From contig CBDBGH010000003.1 in NCBI GenBank assembly GCA_965205265.1, forward strand, positions 4,896,001 to 4,960,000: a DNA stretch of 64,000 nucleotides, read 5' to 3'. Within the stretch, counting starts at the first letter, position 1, and each line of letters starts with the position of its first letter. The translations under genes were made by a program, and so were the position numbers. Under the pieces are notes generated by a model, which had not been told where the DNA came from, did no database searches, and saw nothing but the letters and a program-made list of their open reading frames with translations. This stretch comes from Alphaproteobacteria bacterium. GTDB taxonomy: Bacteria > Pseudomonadota > Alphaproteobacteria > Bin95. Shown here in pieces: positions 10,481 to 20,596 of this stretch.

Positions 10481-11982
10481 TCTTCGCTGTCCTCCTCGTG
10501 GTGGCTTGCGAGCCCGTCGTATCCGCCGAGGTCGTGATCGCGGACCGCGATATCGCGCAGTCTTGGATCGCCGGGCAGGTCGATGGGGATGGGTGGTGGC
10601 TCGTTGCGCTGTTCGCGCCGCCGGTTCAGGCTGAAGCGCACCGCATTGGGATGGGGGACGCCGCGCTCAAGGGCTTCATCGATGGCGGCTTCGAGTTCGA
10701 CGGCTCCGTAGTCGTCGAGCAGGCGCAGCAGGGAGGCGACGGTTGTGCCGATATTGCCGCCGCGCCTGGCGGTCTCGGCAAGCAGGCGCTCGCTGTCGGG
10801 GGCGGCCTGGAGAAGGCGGCTCTGCCCGCGCAGGCGGTGGGCGTGACGTTTGAGCCTGACCAGCTCCTCGATGTGCTCGGGGGTCTCGATGCGGGCCGCC
10901 TTGTCGAAGCTGCGCGGATGACGGGCGACGGTGTCGGCGCCGTCGAGGATGCGTACCTCCTCCAGTGTCGCGACCACGGTGAGGGTGCGCCGCGTATGGG
11001 TATGCGGGACGCTATAGTCATTGAGGTCGAACCTGGCGTAGGGGGTCTTGCCGATCCTGACCTCGACCCTCTCGTCGACGGGGGGCCGGTCGTCGGGCAG
11101 CGCCATCAGGGAGCCGCGCTCGCGCTCGAAGGCCTCGCGCACGGTGAGGGAGCGGTCGTCCGGCCAGCGACGGTCGGCGGCGACGCCGTCGCACCAGGCG
11201 CGGGCCCGGGCGTTCAGGTCGTCGAGGTCGCGCCAGGCGCGGGCGGCGAAGAAGTTGTCGCGCACATAGCGTATGGCGCGCTCCACGCGCCCCTTCTCGT
11301 TGCCGCGCGCGACCGCGACCGGCTTGGGCAGGAAGCGGTAGCGGGCGGCGAAGTCGAGGAGCCGGGGGTTGAACCGGATGGCGTCGCCCTGGCGCTCCAG
11401 CACGACGCTCTTCAGGTTGTCGTACCATAGCTCGCGGGGCACGCCCTGCCAGGCCTCGAAGGCCTCGACATGGCCGCGCAGGAAGTTGTCCATCGCGGCA
11501 TTGAGGTAGAAGTGCAGGAAGATGCGGCGCGAGTAGCTCAGCACCATCACGAAGCCCATCAGCGGGCGCTCCGCGCGCCCGATCCTCACCTTGCCGAAGT
11601 GGGCCCAGTCCACCTGGGCCAGCTCGCCGGGCAGGGTCTTGAGGCGCAGATAGGCCTCGGCCACAGGCCGCGGGCGCTCCGGCGCGATCATGCGCCGGAA
11701 GTGGCTCTGGCTGCCCCGGTAGCCGCGCTCGACCGCCATCTGGTAGAGCCGGCTGGCTGGCAGCCTGGGCCAGACCGCCAGGGTCTGGCGGATGAAGGGC
11801 CGGAACGGATCGATCATCGAAGCCCTGCGCCGCCTCTCACGCGCGGGCGCCCCGGCGGCCGCTACCGCGCGCTCGACCGTGCCGTGGTGGACGCCGAGCT
11901 GGCGCGCGATCGTGCCGATCCTCCACTTCTCGGCAAAATACAGCCGCTGGATCTCGGCACGGGTCTGCTTGTCGATCGCCAT
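10477..11982 (-). CDS. istA: IS21 transposase
   Basis: AQVDW, LSYSR, YDNLK, EKGRVER, NDYSVP; ATG 11982 with RBS. Confidence 0.95.
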   Translation of the reverse strand: MAIDKQTRAEIQRLYFAEKWRIGTIARQLGVHHGTVERAVAAAGAPARERRRRASMIDPFRPFIRQTLAVWPRLPASRLYQMAVERGYRGSQSHFRRMIAPERPRPVAEAYLRLKTLPGELAQVDWAHFGKVRIGRAERPLMGFVMVLSYSRRIFLHFYLNAAMDNFLRGHVEAFEAWQGVPRELWYDNLKSVVLERQGDAIRFNPRLLDFAARYRFLPKPVAVARGNEKGRVERAIRYVRDNFFAARAWRDLDDLNARARAWCDGVAADRRWPDDRSLTVREAFERERGSLMALPDDRPPVDERVEVRIGKTPYARFDLNDYSVPHTHTRRTLTVVATLEEVRILDGADTVARHPRSFDKAARIETPEHIEELVRLKRHAHRLRGQSRLLQAAPDSERLLAETARRGGNIGTTVASLLRLLDDYGAVELEAAIDEALERGVPHPNAVRFSLNRRREQRNEPPPIPIDLPGDPRLRDIAVRDHDLGGYDGLASHHEEDSEE

Positions 11983-11983
11983 C

Positions 11984-12418
11984 TCACTCCCTTCGCGCCT
12001 GGCGCAGGCCCGGATAGACCGCCAGGCCGCAGAACCGACCGCAGCGCTCGCAGCGGAACACCCGGGCGGGACGGTCGGGCCCGAAGGGCCGGGTTCCGGA
12101 CCGCCCCGCCGGTATGCGCGCCACATCAGGACGCCGGCGCGCGACGGTCAAAGGGTGATGCGTCACTTTCTGCGCGATGGCCCGAACTGCCGGCTGCCGC
12201 ACACGGCGCCGTTCGCGGTAGCGCCGCTGGCGCTCGGCATGCTTGTGACGGCCCCGGCGGCTGTTCTGGTAGCGCTGCCCCGCAAGGCGCACCGACCGAC
12301 GCCGCGCCCGCCCGCTGCAACGCGGCGAACAGTAGATATGGCCAGAGTCGCAGCGCCGGCAGAGAACCACCTGGCGGCGGCACAGGGCGCAGGTGAACAG
12401 GCGGGCGGCGTTCCTCAT
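11984..12418 (-). CDS. Cys-rich basic protein upstream of istA
   Basis: CALC..CRRC..YCSPRC; stop abuts istA RBS. Confidence 0.65.
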   Translation of the reverse strand: MRNAARLFTCALCRRQVVLCRRCDSGHIYCSPRCSGRARRRSVRLAGQRYQNSRRGRHKHAERQRRYRERRRVRQPAVRAIAQKVTHHPLTVARRRPDVARIPAGRSGTRPFGPDRPARVFRCERCGRFCGLAVYPGLRQARRE

Positions 12419-12800
12419 CGCGACCGATGAGAACGGGGTGGACCCACGCCCGGACGCGCACGATACTGCGCTTCCGGGCCGCGCCTTGCATGGCTCGGGG
12501 GGTGCGGCGCCGGTCGTTGCCACCAAGCCAACGGGGCCGGCGCCGCATCGTTCTCAGAAGCCCCAGTCTACCCCCTGCCGCAGCCCGGGAACGGCCAACC
12601 CGGTCGCCAGGACGTCGCCGCCCTCCGGGAGGCGAAAATCTCAACGCGACGGGGGCCGAGGACTCCGGTCGGGCTACGCCCTCCTTCCGTCCTCGGCCCC
12701 CGTCATAAACCCGGCCGCGCCTGTCTCACGCTGTTTGTCGTGCGCACCACAAAAGCGCGCTACGCCAGCAAATATGCGCCCTTTATGATAATCACCGACA

Positions 12801-13048
12801 ACCGACAGATCCTGGTCCTCGATGTCGCTGTCGAGCTTGTGCGCCAGCGCCGGGTCCGGTTCCCACACCGGGTCGGCGCTGGCGAGATTGCGCTCCAGCA
12901 AACCGATAAAGCCGTCCCCCGTCGGGTCCACCACGCACACCTCCTGGCGCGGGTAGCCGAGCCGCAGGTCGTGCAGTTCCAGCGGGGACTGGAAATTCTC
13001 GTCCGGGACCGGCAGGCAGTCCCTCAGATTCGGATCGGGATCGTGCAT
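12801..13048 (-). pseudogene. Acidic hypothetical gene cut by the IS21 end
   Basis: MHDPDPNL...DQDLSV runs into the element terminus at 12800. Confidence 0.45.
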
Positions 13049-13106
13049 TGCGGCACATCTCCTCCCTGTTCTTGCGGCGGATATCGCGTCGTCCTGGCTC
13101 TCCGGG

Positions 13107-13691
13107 TCAGTCTTCCCCGTGTCTGCGGCCGCCGACCGCGGCGGCAGGATCAAGCCACCGCGGCCCGGCCGTATCCGGTTCCGCGTGTGCGTCCTCGCTC
13201 CGCATTTCCGCCAGCAGCACGCCCGCCAGCACGGTCAGGACCGGCAATCCCAGCCCCACCGGAATGACGAGGATGATCGCCGCCCCCATCTCCATCGCGA
13301 ACAGGAGAGCCAGCTCCGTCGAAACGAGCACCGCAACGAACCCGCAGGCCATACCGGCGCGGGTGGCGATGGCAACCGCCTGGAACCGGCCTTCCCCGAC
13401 GGGAAGCCGCAGGCGACCCGACCGGGCCGCGACCGCCTCGCCCCAGCTCGCGCAAAGCCGCCCGACAAACCGGCTTGCCACAAGCGCGCACAGGATGAGC
13501 GCCACTGCAACACCCGCCTCGATGAGAGGCATGCCCTGCGAGCCCACCGTGTGTTGCGTCCGGCCGAAGGCCTCGTGCAGCGTCTCGTGCACGAGAAGAA
13601 CCAGGAAAACCGCAATCATGCCCCTGACGCCGGAGCGTCCGGCCTGCCCGTAGATGAGGCCCAGATAATCCGCAAAGCTTCTGTATGGCAC
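13107..13691 (-). CDS. Multi-pass membrane protein
   Basis: About 4 hydrophobic segments; directly downstream of promoter P1. Confidence 0.6.
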   Translation of the reverse strand: MPYRSFADYLGLIYGQAGRSGVRGMIAVFLVLLVHETLHEAFGRTQHTVGSQGMPLIEAGVAVALILCALVASRFVGRLCASWGEAVAARSGRLRLPVGEGRFQAVAIATRAGMACGFVAVLVSTELALLFAMEMGAAIILVIPVGLGLPVLTVLAGVLLAEMRSEDAHAEPDTAGPRWLDPAAAVGGRRHGED

Positions 13692-13744
13692 AGCTTTCCT
13701 CCACTCTCCCCCAGGGAGTCCAGATCCTTGCGTTCAGCCATTGC

Positions 13745-13780
13745 ATTATATGCCAATCCGATTGGTATGGCAATCGGATT
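13745..13780 (-). promoter_or_regulatory. Sigma70-like promoter P1 with perfect operator IR
   Basis: TTGCCA-17-TATAAT; AATCCGATTG-N6-CAATCGGATT at 13755-13780. Confidence 0.75.
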
Positions 13781-13945
13781 ATATTCGAAAACCGCCTGTT
13801 GTCCCGCGCCCCCGCCCATCAATTCCGGGTTTCCCCATAAAACTGCTTTCAGGCGCCCGGTCCCCGCTTTACCTCCGTTGTCGGTTCCCCTTACACCAAT
13901 GGTCTCGAACCGCTTCCCCAGCACGGCCACCGGAGGAACCATGTC

Positions 13946-14359
13946 ATGCGCCGCTTCCTGAGCCAGGCCCTCCGGGCCCTTTCCGCCGCCGCCCTCGCCG
14001 TGCCGGCCTGGGCGGCCGCGGCCTTCCTGCTCGCGCTGCCCGCCGGCGCCCAGACCGGCAATATCGGCTCTGTGGCCGAGAACGTGCAGGGCCAGTTCGG
14101 CAGCCTCGCGGACCTTCTCGGGGCGGCCGCCTTCCTCGCCGGGGTCGGCTTCGTCGTGTTCGGCATCTTCAAGTTCTACAACTATTCCAAGAACCCCCAG
14201 GACCCGCAGAACAAGGTCGGCTCCGCCGTCATGCTGGTCGTCGCCGGGGCGATGATGATCGCCGTGCCCACCGTCGCCGGCGTCGGCGTCGTCTCCATCT
14301 TCGGCGAGGACAGCACCAGGGTGCAGATCGAGGGCGAGCAGCTCCGGAGCATCCGGTAA
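13946..14359 (+). CDS. Pilin-like T4BSS membrane protein (IcmD/DUF6750-like), copy 1
   Basis: Long signal peptide, two TM helices around FKFYNYSKNPQ. Confidence 0.7.
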   Translation: MRRFLSQALRALSAAALAVPAWAAAAFLLALPAGAQTGNIGSVAENVQGQFGSLADLLGAAAFLAGVGFVVFGIFKFYNYSKNPQDPQNKVGSAVMLVVAGAMMIAVPTVAGVGVVSIFGEDSTRVQIEGEQLRSIR

Positions 14360-14401
14360 ACCCCGACACACGGCCTTTCCGACGCACAAGGAGTCCTGCC
14401 C

Positions 14402-14812
14402 ATGATGCATCGCTTCCTGAGCCGGGCCCGCCGGGCCCTTTCCGCCGCCGCCCTCGCCGTGCCGGCCTGGGCGACCGCGGCCTTCCTGCTCGCACTGCCC
14501 GCGGAGGCCGCGGACAATATCGGCACCGTGGCCACCAATGTGAAAGGCCAGTTCGGCAGCCTCGCGGACCTTCTCGGGGCGGCCGCCTTCCTCGCCGGGG
14601 TCGGCTTCGTCGTGTTCGGCATCTTCAAGTTCTACAACTATTCCAAGAACCCCCAGGACCCGCAGAACAAGGTCGGCTCCGCCGTCATGCTGGTCGTCGC
14701 CGGGGCGATGATGATCGCCGTGCCCACCGTCGCCGGCGTCGGCGTCGTCTCCATCTTCGGCGACGACACGCAGAAAGTGGACGCCGAGGGCTCCCTGCGG
14801 ACCATTCAATAG
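14402..14812 (+). CDS. Pilin-like T4BSS membrane protein, copy 2
   Basis: 14546-14763 identical to 14090-14307; termini differ. Confidence 0.7.
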   Translation: MMHRFLSRARRALSAAALAVPAWATAAFLLALPAEAADNIGTVATNVKGQFGSLADLLGAAAFLAGVGFVVFGIFKFYNYSKNPQDPQNKVGSAVMLVVAGAMMIAVPTVAGVGVVSIFGDDTQKVDAEGSLRTIQ

Positions 14813-14838
14813 TCGGCGGGCGACCGGAGGAACGGTCC

Positions 14839-15825
14839 TCACGGCGAGGGCGATTCCTCCGGTTCCCCGAAGTTCCGGTCCGGTCTTCCGGCCAGCACCT
14901 CGTCGTAAACCGTCCCGACCACGATCGCCCGGAACAGGGCCCTTCGTTCCACCTGCCCCTTGTCAAGCGCCGCTCCGGTCATCACGGCATCCTCGAACAG
15001 CGCACCGTCCAGAACGGCCTCCTGAAGATTGGCACCCGAGAGATCGGCACTCCTGAAGACCGCGCGGTCCATCCGGGACTCAAAGAAATCCACGCCGGAA
15101 AGATCCGCCCCGGTGAAGTCGGCATGCCTGAGATCGGCCCCCTCTACCGTTGCCCCGGCCAATTGGGCACGGGCGAAAAGACCGAGCGCGATCACGCTGC
15201 CGCTCAGATCCGCCCCGGTCAAATCGCTGTTCGCGAATTTTGCCCGACGCAGTTTCTGCAACGACATGCTGTCGTCCGGGGCGATCCTGTCGATAGCGCC
15301 TTCGATCAGGCGGGCATTGCGCATCCACACGCCACGCATGACCGCTCCGGTGAAGTCGGCCCCGGAGGCCCAGCAATCCGTCAGGACCGCCCCGGTGAGA
15401 TCGGCCCCGTTGAACAGCGCATTGCACAGATTCGTTTCCCGCATGGCGGCACCGACCATGACCGCACGCTCGAACTTCCCGTCGGCCAGATTGGCATCCC
15501 TCATCTGCGCTCCGGTCAGGTTGGCTCCTGTCATCCGGCAATTCAGTCTGGCGTCCGTCAGGTCGGCCCGGATCAGCGTGGCCCCCGAAAAATCGGCGCC
15601 GCTGCAGGATGCCTGCCGGAGCTTCGCCCCGACCATCGCCGCCTCGCGGAACCAGGCGTGATCGAGGCGGGCGGCGCTGAAGTCCGTGCCGCGCAGCAGA
15701 CACCCGGAAAAATCCGCCCCGGTCAAGTCCGCCCCGCGAAAATCCATGCCCGACAGGTCGAGGTCGACGAAACGGCGCTCACCGTTGCGATACCGCCGGG
15801 TAATGTCGTCCCTGGTGATCGGCAT
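14839..15825 (-). CDS. Pentapeptide repeat protein
   Basis: MPITRDDI start with GGAGG; long ADLxG array; tail EPEESPSP. Confidence 0.9.
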   Translation of the reverse strand: MPITRDDITRRYRNGERRFVDLDLSGMDFRGADLTGADFSGCLLRGTDFSAARLDHAWFREAAMVGAKLRQASCSGADFSGATLIRADLTDARLNCRMTGANLTGAQMRDANLADGKFERAVMVGAAMRETNLCNALFNGADLTGAVLTDCWASGADFTGAVMRGVWMRNARLIEGAIDRIAPDDSMSLQKLRRAKFANSDLTGADLSGSVIALGLFARAQLAGATVEGADLRHADFTGADLSGVDFFESRMDRAVFRSADLSGANLQEAVLDGALFEDAVMTGAALDKGQVERRALFRAIVVGTVYDEVLAGRPDRNFGEPEESPSP

Positions 15826-15906
15826 GCCGGATCCTCCCTGCCGTGCCTTCGGGAAGACGGCCATCATCCGCCCTTGACGTGAAAACGCCAACGGCCGCGC
15901 ATCGGT

Positions 15907-16971
15907 TCACCGCGTCATGCGCTCCATCAACACGATGCGGTTCGTGTTCGTGCCCTTGCGGTTGTTGGCGACACCCCAGCAATTGGCGGTCTTGGTGAAG
16001 CGCTGCTCGTTCACCATCACGCCCTCGACGGCGAGCGGCAGGCCCTTGGCGGCCGCCACGACATGGTCCTCCAGCAGCACCTTGCCGCCGCGCACCTCGC
16101 CCACCTCGAAGGCGAGGAAGCCGCCGGGACGGAGGGTGCGCGCGATGTCGCGGAGGCTTGCATGGACGAAGGCCCGCCAGGCGTCCGGGGTCCTGTGGGC
16201 CGCTATCGGGACGGTCTCCATGTCGATGCCGGCGAACCAGCAGCGCAGCCAGTTGTCGGTACGGTAGTCCACCTGGTCGAGGAAGGGCGGAGAGGTGACG
16301 ACCAGATCGACCGAGCCGTCCGGCACGAAGGCGGCATTGTCGGCCGGGGCCGCGCCGAGCAGCGCCGGCGGATGCGGCGGCGGCTGGCCCGTGGAGAGCA
16401 GCGACCGGCTCTTGCGCAGGATGAGCGCGTCCACGTCGCGCGGGGGCGGCGTCTGCCCGCGCTTGGCATTGATGCGGCGTTGGCGGTCGGCCGCGACCGC
16501 CTGGTTGGGCGGCATGGTATAGACCGAGAAGAAGCCGGGGGAATGGCCGGTGAGGCGGTTGAGGCAGACCATACGCAGCCACCCGTCCACCGGGTCGAGC
16601 GCGCCCGACCGCTCCCGCTTGAGGAACCATGCGCGGAGCGCGGCGAGGCGGGCGAGCACCGAGTCGTGGAAGAAGACGCGCAGGTCGGCGAGCAACGGCT
16701 CTTCCGGCAGGGGGGCGGAGGGCGGTATCTCCGCCAGCCGCGCGGCGATTTCGTCGAGGGCAGGCGGCGCGAGGCGCGGGGCGAGCAGCATGACGGAGAG
16801 CGGGTTGATGTCGGAGCCGACCGGGCGGCGGCCCATCAGCGCGGCCTGCAAGGGCGTCGTGCCGCGCCCCATGAAGGGGTCGTAAACCGCGTCGCCCGCG
16901 CGCGTCAGCCGCTCGATGAAGAAAGCCGGCAATTGCGGCTTGAAGCAGGCCCGGTAGCTCACCTCATGCAA
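15907..16971 (-). CDS. DNA methyltransferase (N4-C/N6-A type); start uncertain
   Basis: YDPFMGRGTT and LVVTSPPF. Confidence 0.85.
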   Translation of the reverse strand: MHEVSYRACFKPQLPAFFIERLTRAGDAVYDPFMGRGTTPLQAALMGRRPVGSDINPLSVMLLAPRLAPPALDEIAARLAEIPPSAPLPEEPLLADLRVFFHDSVLARLAALRAWFLKRERSGALDPVDGWLRMVCLNRLTGHSPGFFSVYTMPPNQAVAADRQRRINAKRGQTPPPRDVDALILRKSRSLLSTGQPPPHPPALLGAAPADNAAFVPDGSVDLVVTSPPFLDQVDYRTDNWLRCWFAGIDMETVPIAAHRTPDAWRAFVHASLRDIARTLRPGGFLAFEVGEVRGGKVLLEDHVVAAAKGLPLAVEGVMVNEQRFTKTANCWGVANNRKGTNTNRIVLMERMTR

Positions 16972-17109
16972 CCGGCTCGCCTGACGCTGCCGGGCGGTCC
17001 AGAATTCGCCCGCGAAGCGGGGGATTCCGTGCCTGCGGGACTCCGATACGTTCCGCCCATTTTCCCGGGGGATGGGCGATGACGGCAGCCGGAGGCCGGG
17101 CGGACGCCC

Positions 17110-18207
17110 TCACGAGGGGCCCGAAAACCCGGAATCCAGGTTCTCGGCCCCGGGCCCGCTCGACGGATCGTTGAATTGCGTCTCCAGAGCCTGGAGGCGA
17201 TCATTGATCCATTCGAAAGCCGGGGCGTCGCCAGCCATCATGCCCTGCATGCGCCTGTAGTCCCGTTCCATCGCGGAGCGCAGTTCCGGCTGCGGAACCA
17301 GCCGCAGCGAACCGGGCACCGCCTCCTCGATTTTCTTCCATCTCTGCCGGAAGGCCAGCAGGGTGTGCTCCCGGGCCCCCTTCCCCACATCCAGCCGCCC
17401 GGCAGCATCCTTCCCGATATCCGTGCCGGCGATCATCGCGGTATCGTAGTAGTGCCGCGATATGCGCTCGGCCGACGGAATGCGGCCTTCGTCCCTGTAG
17501 CCGCAGTGGAACCCGTGAAGGATGAGCAGCTTTTCCCAGAAAGCCCTTGCCGGATGGATCGTCACGATTCCCCCCACCTCGAGGGGCAGGTCCGGAATAT
17601 CCGCAGCAACGAACGGGTCGATGGCCGTTTCCACAGCCATGTCGAGGCCGCCGCGCGCGCCGCCCTCGATCTTCACCCGCGGCTGCACGTAGAACGGCCT
17701 TCCCTCACCGGCAAGGACACTTCGATAGCCGACCAGAAGGCTCTGCCCGGACTGGTCGGCTTCATCGACATGGATGGCGCTCTCCGCGCCGGCCGCGTCC
17801 AGCGCGGCTCCCAACTCCCGGCGAAGATCAATCTGGATATAGGCGCTGCACGAAGCCCGGAGTTCTTCAAAAAGCCTTGCCCGCTTCGTGTTGGACAGGC
17901 CGCTGTCCGGATTTGTCGGATCCCGGTCACCGGCGAACCCGAGCGCTTCGCGCGAGACGGTAATGTCCACGTCCTCGGAGAAGCGGTCTATGAGGCCGAA
18001 CGACTTGGAAAGGGCGGTGCCTCCCTTGAACAGAAATGCCGGGTGACCCTGCGGCAGGCCGTGATAAAGCGCGTCCAGCGTCATGCAGACCCAGAAATCC
18101 TGCTCGACATAGGCGGGGACGGTTCCGATCCGCTCGGCGGTCTCCGTGAAGAGAAGCCTCCGCTCGGCCTCACCCAAGGCAAGAAACCGGCCGAAAGACG
18201 GATTCAT
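17110..18207 (-). CDS. AbiEii/AbiGii-family nucleotidyltransferase toxin
   Basis: VEQDFWV, FKGGTALSK, RFSEDVD, WEKL, SRHYYD. Confidence 0.9.
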   Translation of the reverse strand: MNPSFGRFLALGEAERRLLFTETAERIGTVPAYVEQDFWVCMTLDALYHGLPQGHPAFLFKGGTALSKSFGLIDRFSEDVDITVSREALGFAGDRDPTNPDSGLSNTKRARLFEELRASCSAYIQIDLRRELGAALDAAGAESAIHVDEADQSGQSLLVGYRSVLAGEGRPFYVQPRVKIEGGARGGLDMAVETAIDPFVAADIPDLPLEVGGIVTIHPARAFWEKLLILHGFHCGYRDEGRIPSAERISRHYYDTAMIAGTDIGKDAAGRLDVGKGAREHTLLAFRQRWKKIEEAVPGSLRLVPQPELRSAMERDYRRMQGMMAGDAPAFEWINDRLQALETQFNDPSSGPGAENLDSGFSGPS

Positions 18208-18836
18208 GTTGCCGGCCGCCCCGGGCCCGGGGCCCCGGCAATGCTGTCGACGATGGCGGCCATCCATGCCGGCACCGCGTCCCTGCCCTCGAGCAGGTCG
18301 CGCTTCACGCAATCCGGCAGGTTCCGTCTCAGAATCGCCGCCGTGCGCGGATGCCGCGCTTCTCCCGGGCCGAGCCAGTGCAGGGCCTGTATGACCGGGC
18401 CGCCCGGCCTGCCGTGCCAGTTCATGACGGTCGCGGTCGCGCGCGACAGATGGACGGTCCGCCGCCCGACCCCGATACGCCGGGTGCGGCCGTCCGTGGC
18501 ATAGGCCGCCCTGGCGGGGATGCCTTCGGAAAGACCGAGCCAGTTGGCCGCGGAGCACCCGTCCGGCATGATCCGGATATTGTCGCGGCGCGCGATCGCC
18601 TTGACGGCGGCCCCGAGATCGGGCGGCTCGGAACGGCCCAGAATCGCGCTGTATCGCGGCAGATCGTAAAGACCCCGGCCTACCCGGCGAAGCCGTCCGG
18701 TCCGGACCAGGCGTGCAAGGGCCCGGTCCACGGCCGCCCGACTGCCGAGGTCGAGAAAGTCCTTCGGCGTGCAGACCCACCGGCCCCTGCCGTGACCGCG
18801 CACCCGGCGCATGATCCTGTCTGCCAGCGAACCCAC
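18204..18836 (-). CDS. AbiEi-like (DUF6088-type) antitoxin
   Basis: TPKDFLDLGSRAAVDRALARL, RGLYD; ATGA overlap with toxin. Confidence 0.85.
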   Translation of the reverse strand: MGSLADRIMRRVRGHGRGRWVCTPKDFLDLGSRAAVDRALARLVRTGRLRRVGRGLYDLPRYSAILGRSEPPDLGAAVKAIARRDNIRIMPDGCSAANWLGLSEGIPARAAYATDGRTRRIGVGRRTVHLSRATATVMNWHGRPGGPVIQALHWLGPGEARHPRTAAILRRNLPDCVKRDLLEGRDAVPAWMAAIVDSIAGAPGPGRPAT

Positions 18837-18848
18837 CCCCAGGGCCGC

Positions 18849-19732
18849 CTACTCGCGAAGCGCGCGACCGATCCGCTTGGTCAGCCGCCTGCGTGCATTC
18901 TCGCGCTCCTTGCCGGTCAGCATTCCCTGCACCGCGAGCAGGGTAATGGCCTCGGCGAGCCGCTGTTCCGTAGCCACCTTCTCCTCGGCCACGCCCAACT
19001 GCTCGTGAAGCGGCGGGGCAAGCGCTCCGTAAACGACCTCGATCACCGTTTCGTCCATCGGGTAATCCTCCTTGCGGTCCAGGCGCTCACGGGCGCAATA
19101 CGGGATCCAGCGGGTCCTCGTCTCCCACCGCGGCCCCGTCATGTCCTCCTTGCGCCACAGGAACCAGGCGAAGGTCAGCACCGACCCGCCCTTCCTGACC
19201 AGGCGGCCCTCGTCCATCCTCACCCGGGCGGAAAACACCGCGACCTCGGTCGGGGGCGTGCGGGTGAACAGCCTGTTGTAGCGCGTCTTGCCCTCGAGCC
19301 AGGACAGCCGACAGAGCAGCGCCACACCCTTCCGGGCAAGCGGCAGGGCGCGCATGGCGAAGTCCATCGCCTTCGTATAGGGCGGGTTTGTGATGATCCA
19401 GTCGACCGGAACATCGTCCGCCCGTTCCTCCAGGAAGTCGCGGACCGGGAATCCCGCGCCGTAATCGGCGATATCCGTCGCCACGACCGTCCCGAAATGC
19501 TTCTCGAGCACCTTCACCATGTGGCCGCGATTGGCGCCGGCCTCACCCAGACCGTCTGCCGGCGCCGGGCCTCGTCGGGTCCCAGATGTTCCATCAGCGC
19601 CCTGGTGGCCCAGGGCGGCGTCGGATAGTCGTCGAGGGAGTCCTCCGCCTCGATGCGCTTGTGCGCAAGGATGTGCATATTGCTGCGCGGGCTGTAGCGC
19701 GCGACCTGCCCGGCGTTGCGGGCGGCGCTCAT
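18849..19732 (-). pseudogene. Frameshifted N6-adenine DNA methyltransferase
   Basis: DDYPTPPWAT...TVW in one frame; ANRGHM...IITNPPY in another; switch near 19545. Confidence 0.75.
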
Positions 19733-19983
19733 GGCCTGCCCGACATGGCCGAAAGGATCGTCCGCACGCCCTGGCAGAACGCTTCCATGCACACCACGAC
19801 GGCAATGGCGAGCAAACCGCTGATCGTGACCGCCAGGGTCACGTTCCCGGCATCCGTCGCACGCTGCGCCGCGTCTGTGCCGACGATCCAGAACACCGGA
19901 ATGGCGATCATGGCCAGGACCACATCGATGAGCGCGCAAAGGAACGCGAGCAGCCCCATCACGAACGGCCAATTGTTCTTCAC
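19729..19983 (-). CDS. Small two-TM membrane protein
   Basis: Hydrophobic; ATGA overlap with the next gene. Confidence 0.6.
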   Translation of the reverse strand: MKNNWPFVMGLLAFLCALIDVVLAMIAIPVFWIVGTDAAQRATDAGNVTLAVTISGLLAIAVVVCMEAFCQGVRTILSAMSGRP

Positions 19984-20104
19984 GTCGAATTCCCGCCAGG
20001 TCCAGGGAGAAGAGGCAAGGGGGTCAGGGATGCATTCCGCATCGTTCAGACATGCCCGGCGCCCCGGGCATCGCGCGTGTTCCGTGACCGGCCGGCCCCA
20101 AGCC

Positions 20105-20488
20105 TCAAAGGCTCATGTCCCAGGGCTCCCGGCGGGTGAAAACGATGCCCTGACTTCCACTCTCGATCACGTCGAGCCAGCCCGCGTAATCGAGCGTCGT
20201 GTCCGCGAACACGCTCGCCCTGTTGTCCACCAGCCATTGCGCCAGCTCCTCGGCGGTGGCGAACGCCGGGCTGATCGGCGTGCCCCCGGTTGTGTCCTCA
20301 TACATCATGAGATGCGTCGCGCGGTCGCCGAACGCGGGCATGCAATCAGCCTCGTCGATACGCTCGTCCTCCGGCGTGTCGGCGTCCTGACTCTCGAAAA
20401 ACTCCCGCGGATGAAGCGGAATGAAAACGTCCCGCTCGTCTCTTGGATGCTCCCACTCGGGAGGCACCATCCTCACTTCCCGTCCCAT
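20105..20488 (-). CDS. Phage/plasmid-type hypothetical protein
   Basis: MGREVRMVPPEWEHP...YEDTTGGTPISPAFATAEELA; GGAGG RBS. Confidence 0.7.
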   Translation of the reverse strand: MGREVRMVPPEWEHPRDERDVFIPLHPREFFESQDADTPEDERIDEADCMPAFGDRATHLMMYEDTTGGTPISPAFATAEELAQWLVDNRASVFADTTLDYAGWLDVIESGSQGIVFTRREPWDMSL

Positions 20489-20596
20489 TCTACCATCCTC
20501 CGGTTTCCTTGCATGCGGCCGAGCGGGCCGCAGAACCGTCGTGCAACCCCGCCGGCCGGTTCAGGAGGCCCGCCGGAAGGAGCGTGTCCGACGCCG

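Larger units (their letters stand above)
8715..12800 (-). mobile_element. IS21-family element with two passenger ORFs (4086 bp)
   Basis: TGT...ACA ends; imperfect IR core AAGGGCG(TT/CA)TATTTGCTGGCG 17 bp in from each end; istA-istB inside. Confidence 0.85.

Noticed and set aside
8708-12807. Target duplication for the IS21 element
   Set aside because: Flanks CCCGG and ACCGA differ; the interrupted ORF could not be convincingly rejoined
14839-15825. qnr quinolone-resistance call for pentapeptide genes
   Set aside because: Only the generic repeat is visible; no Qnr-specific features
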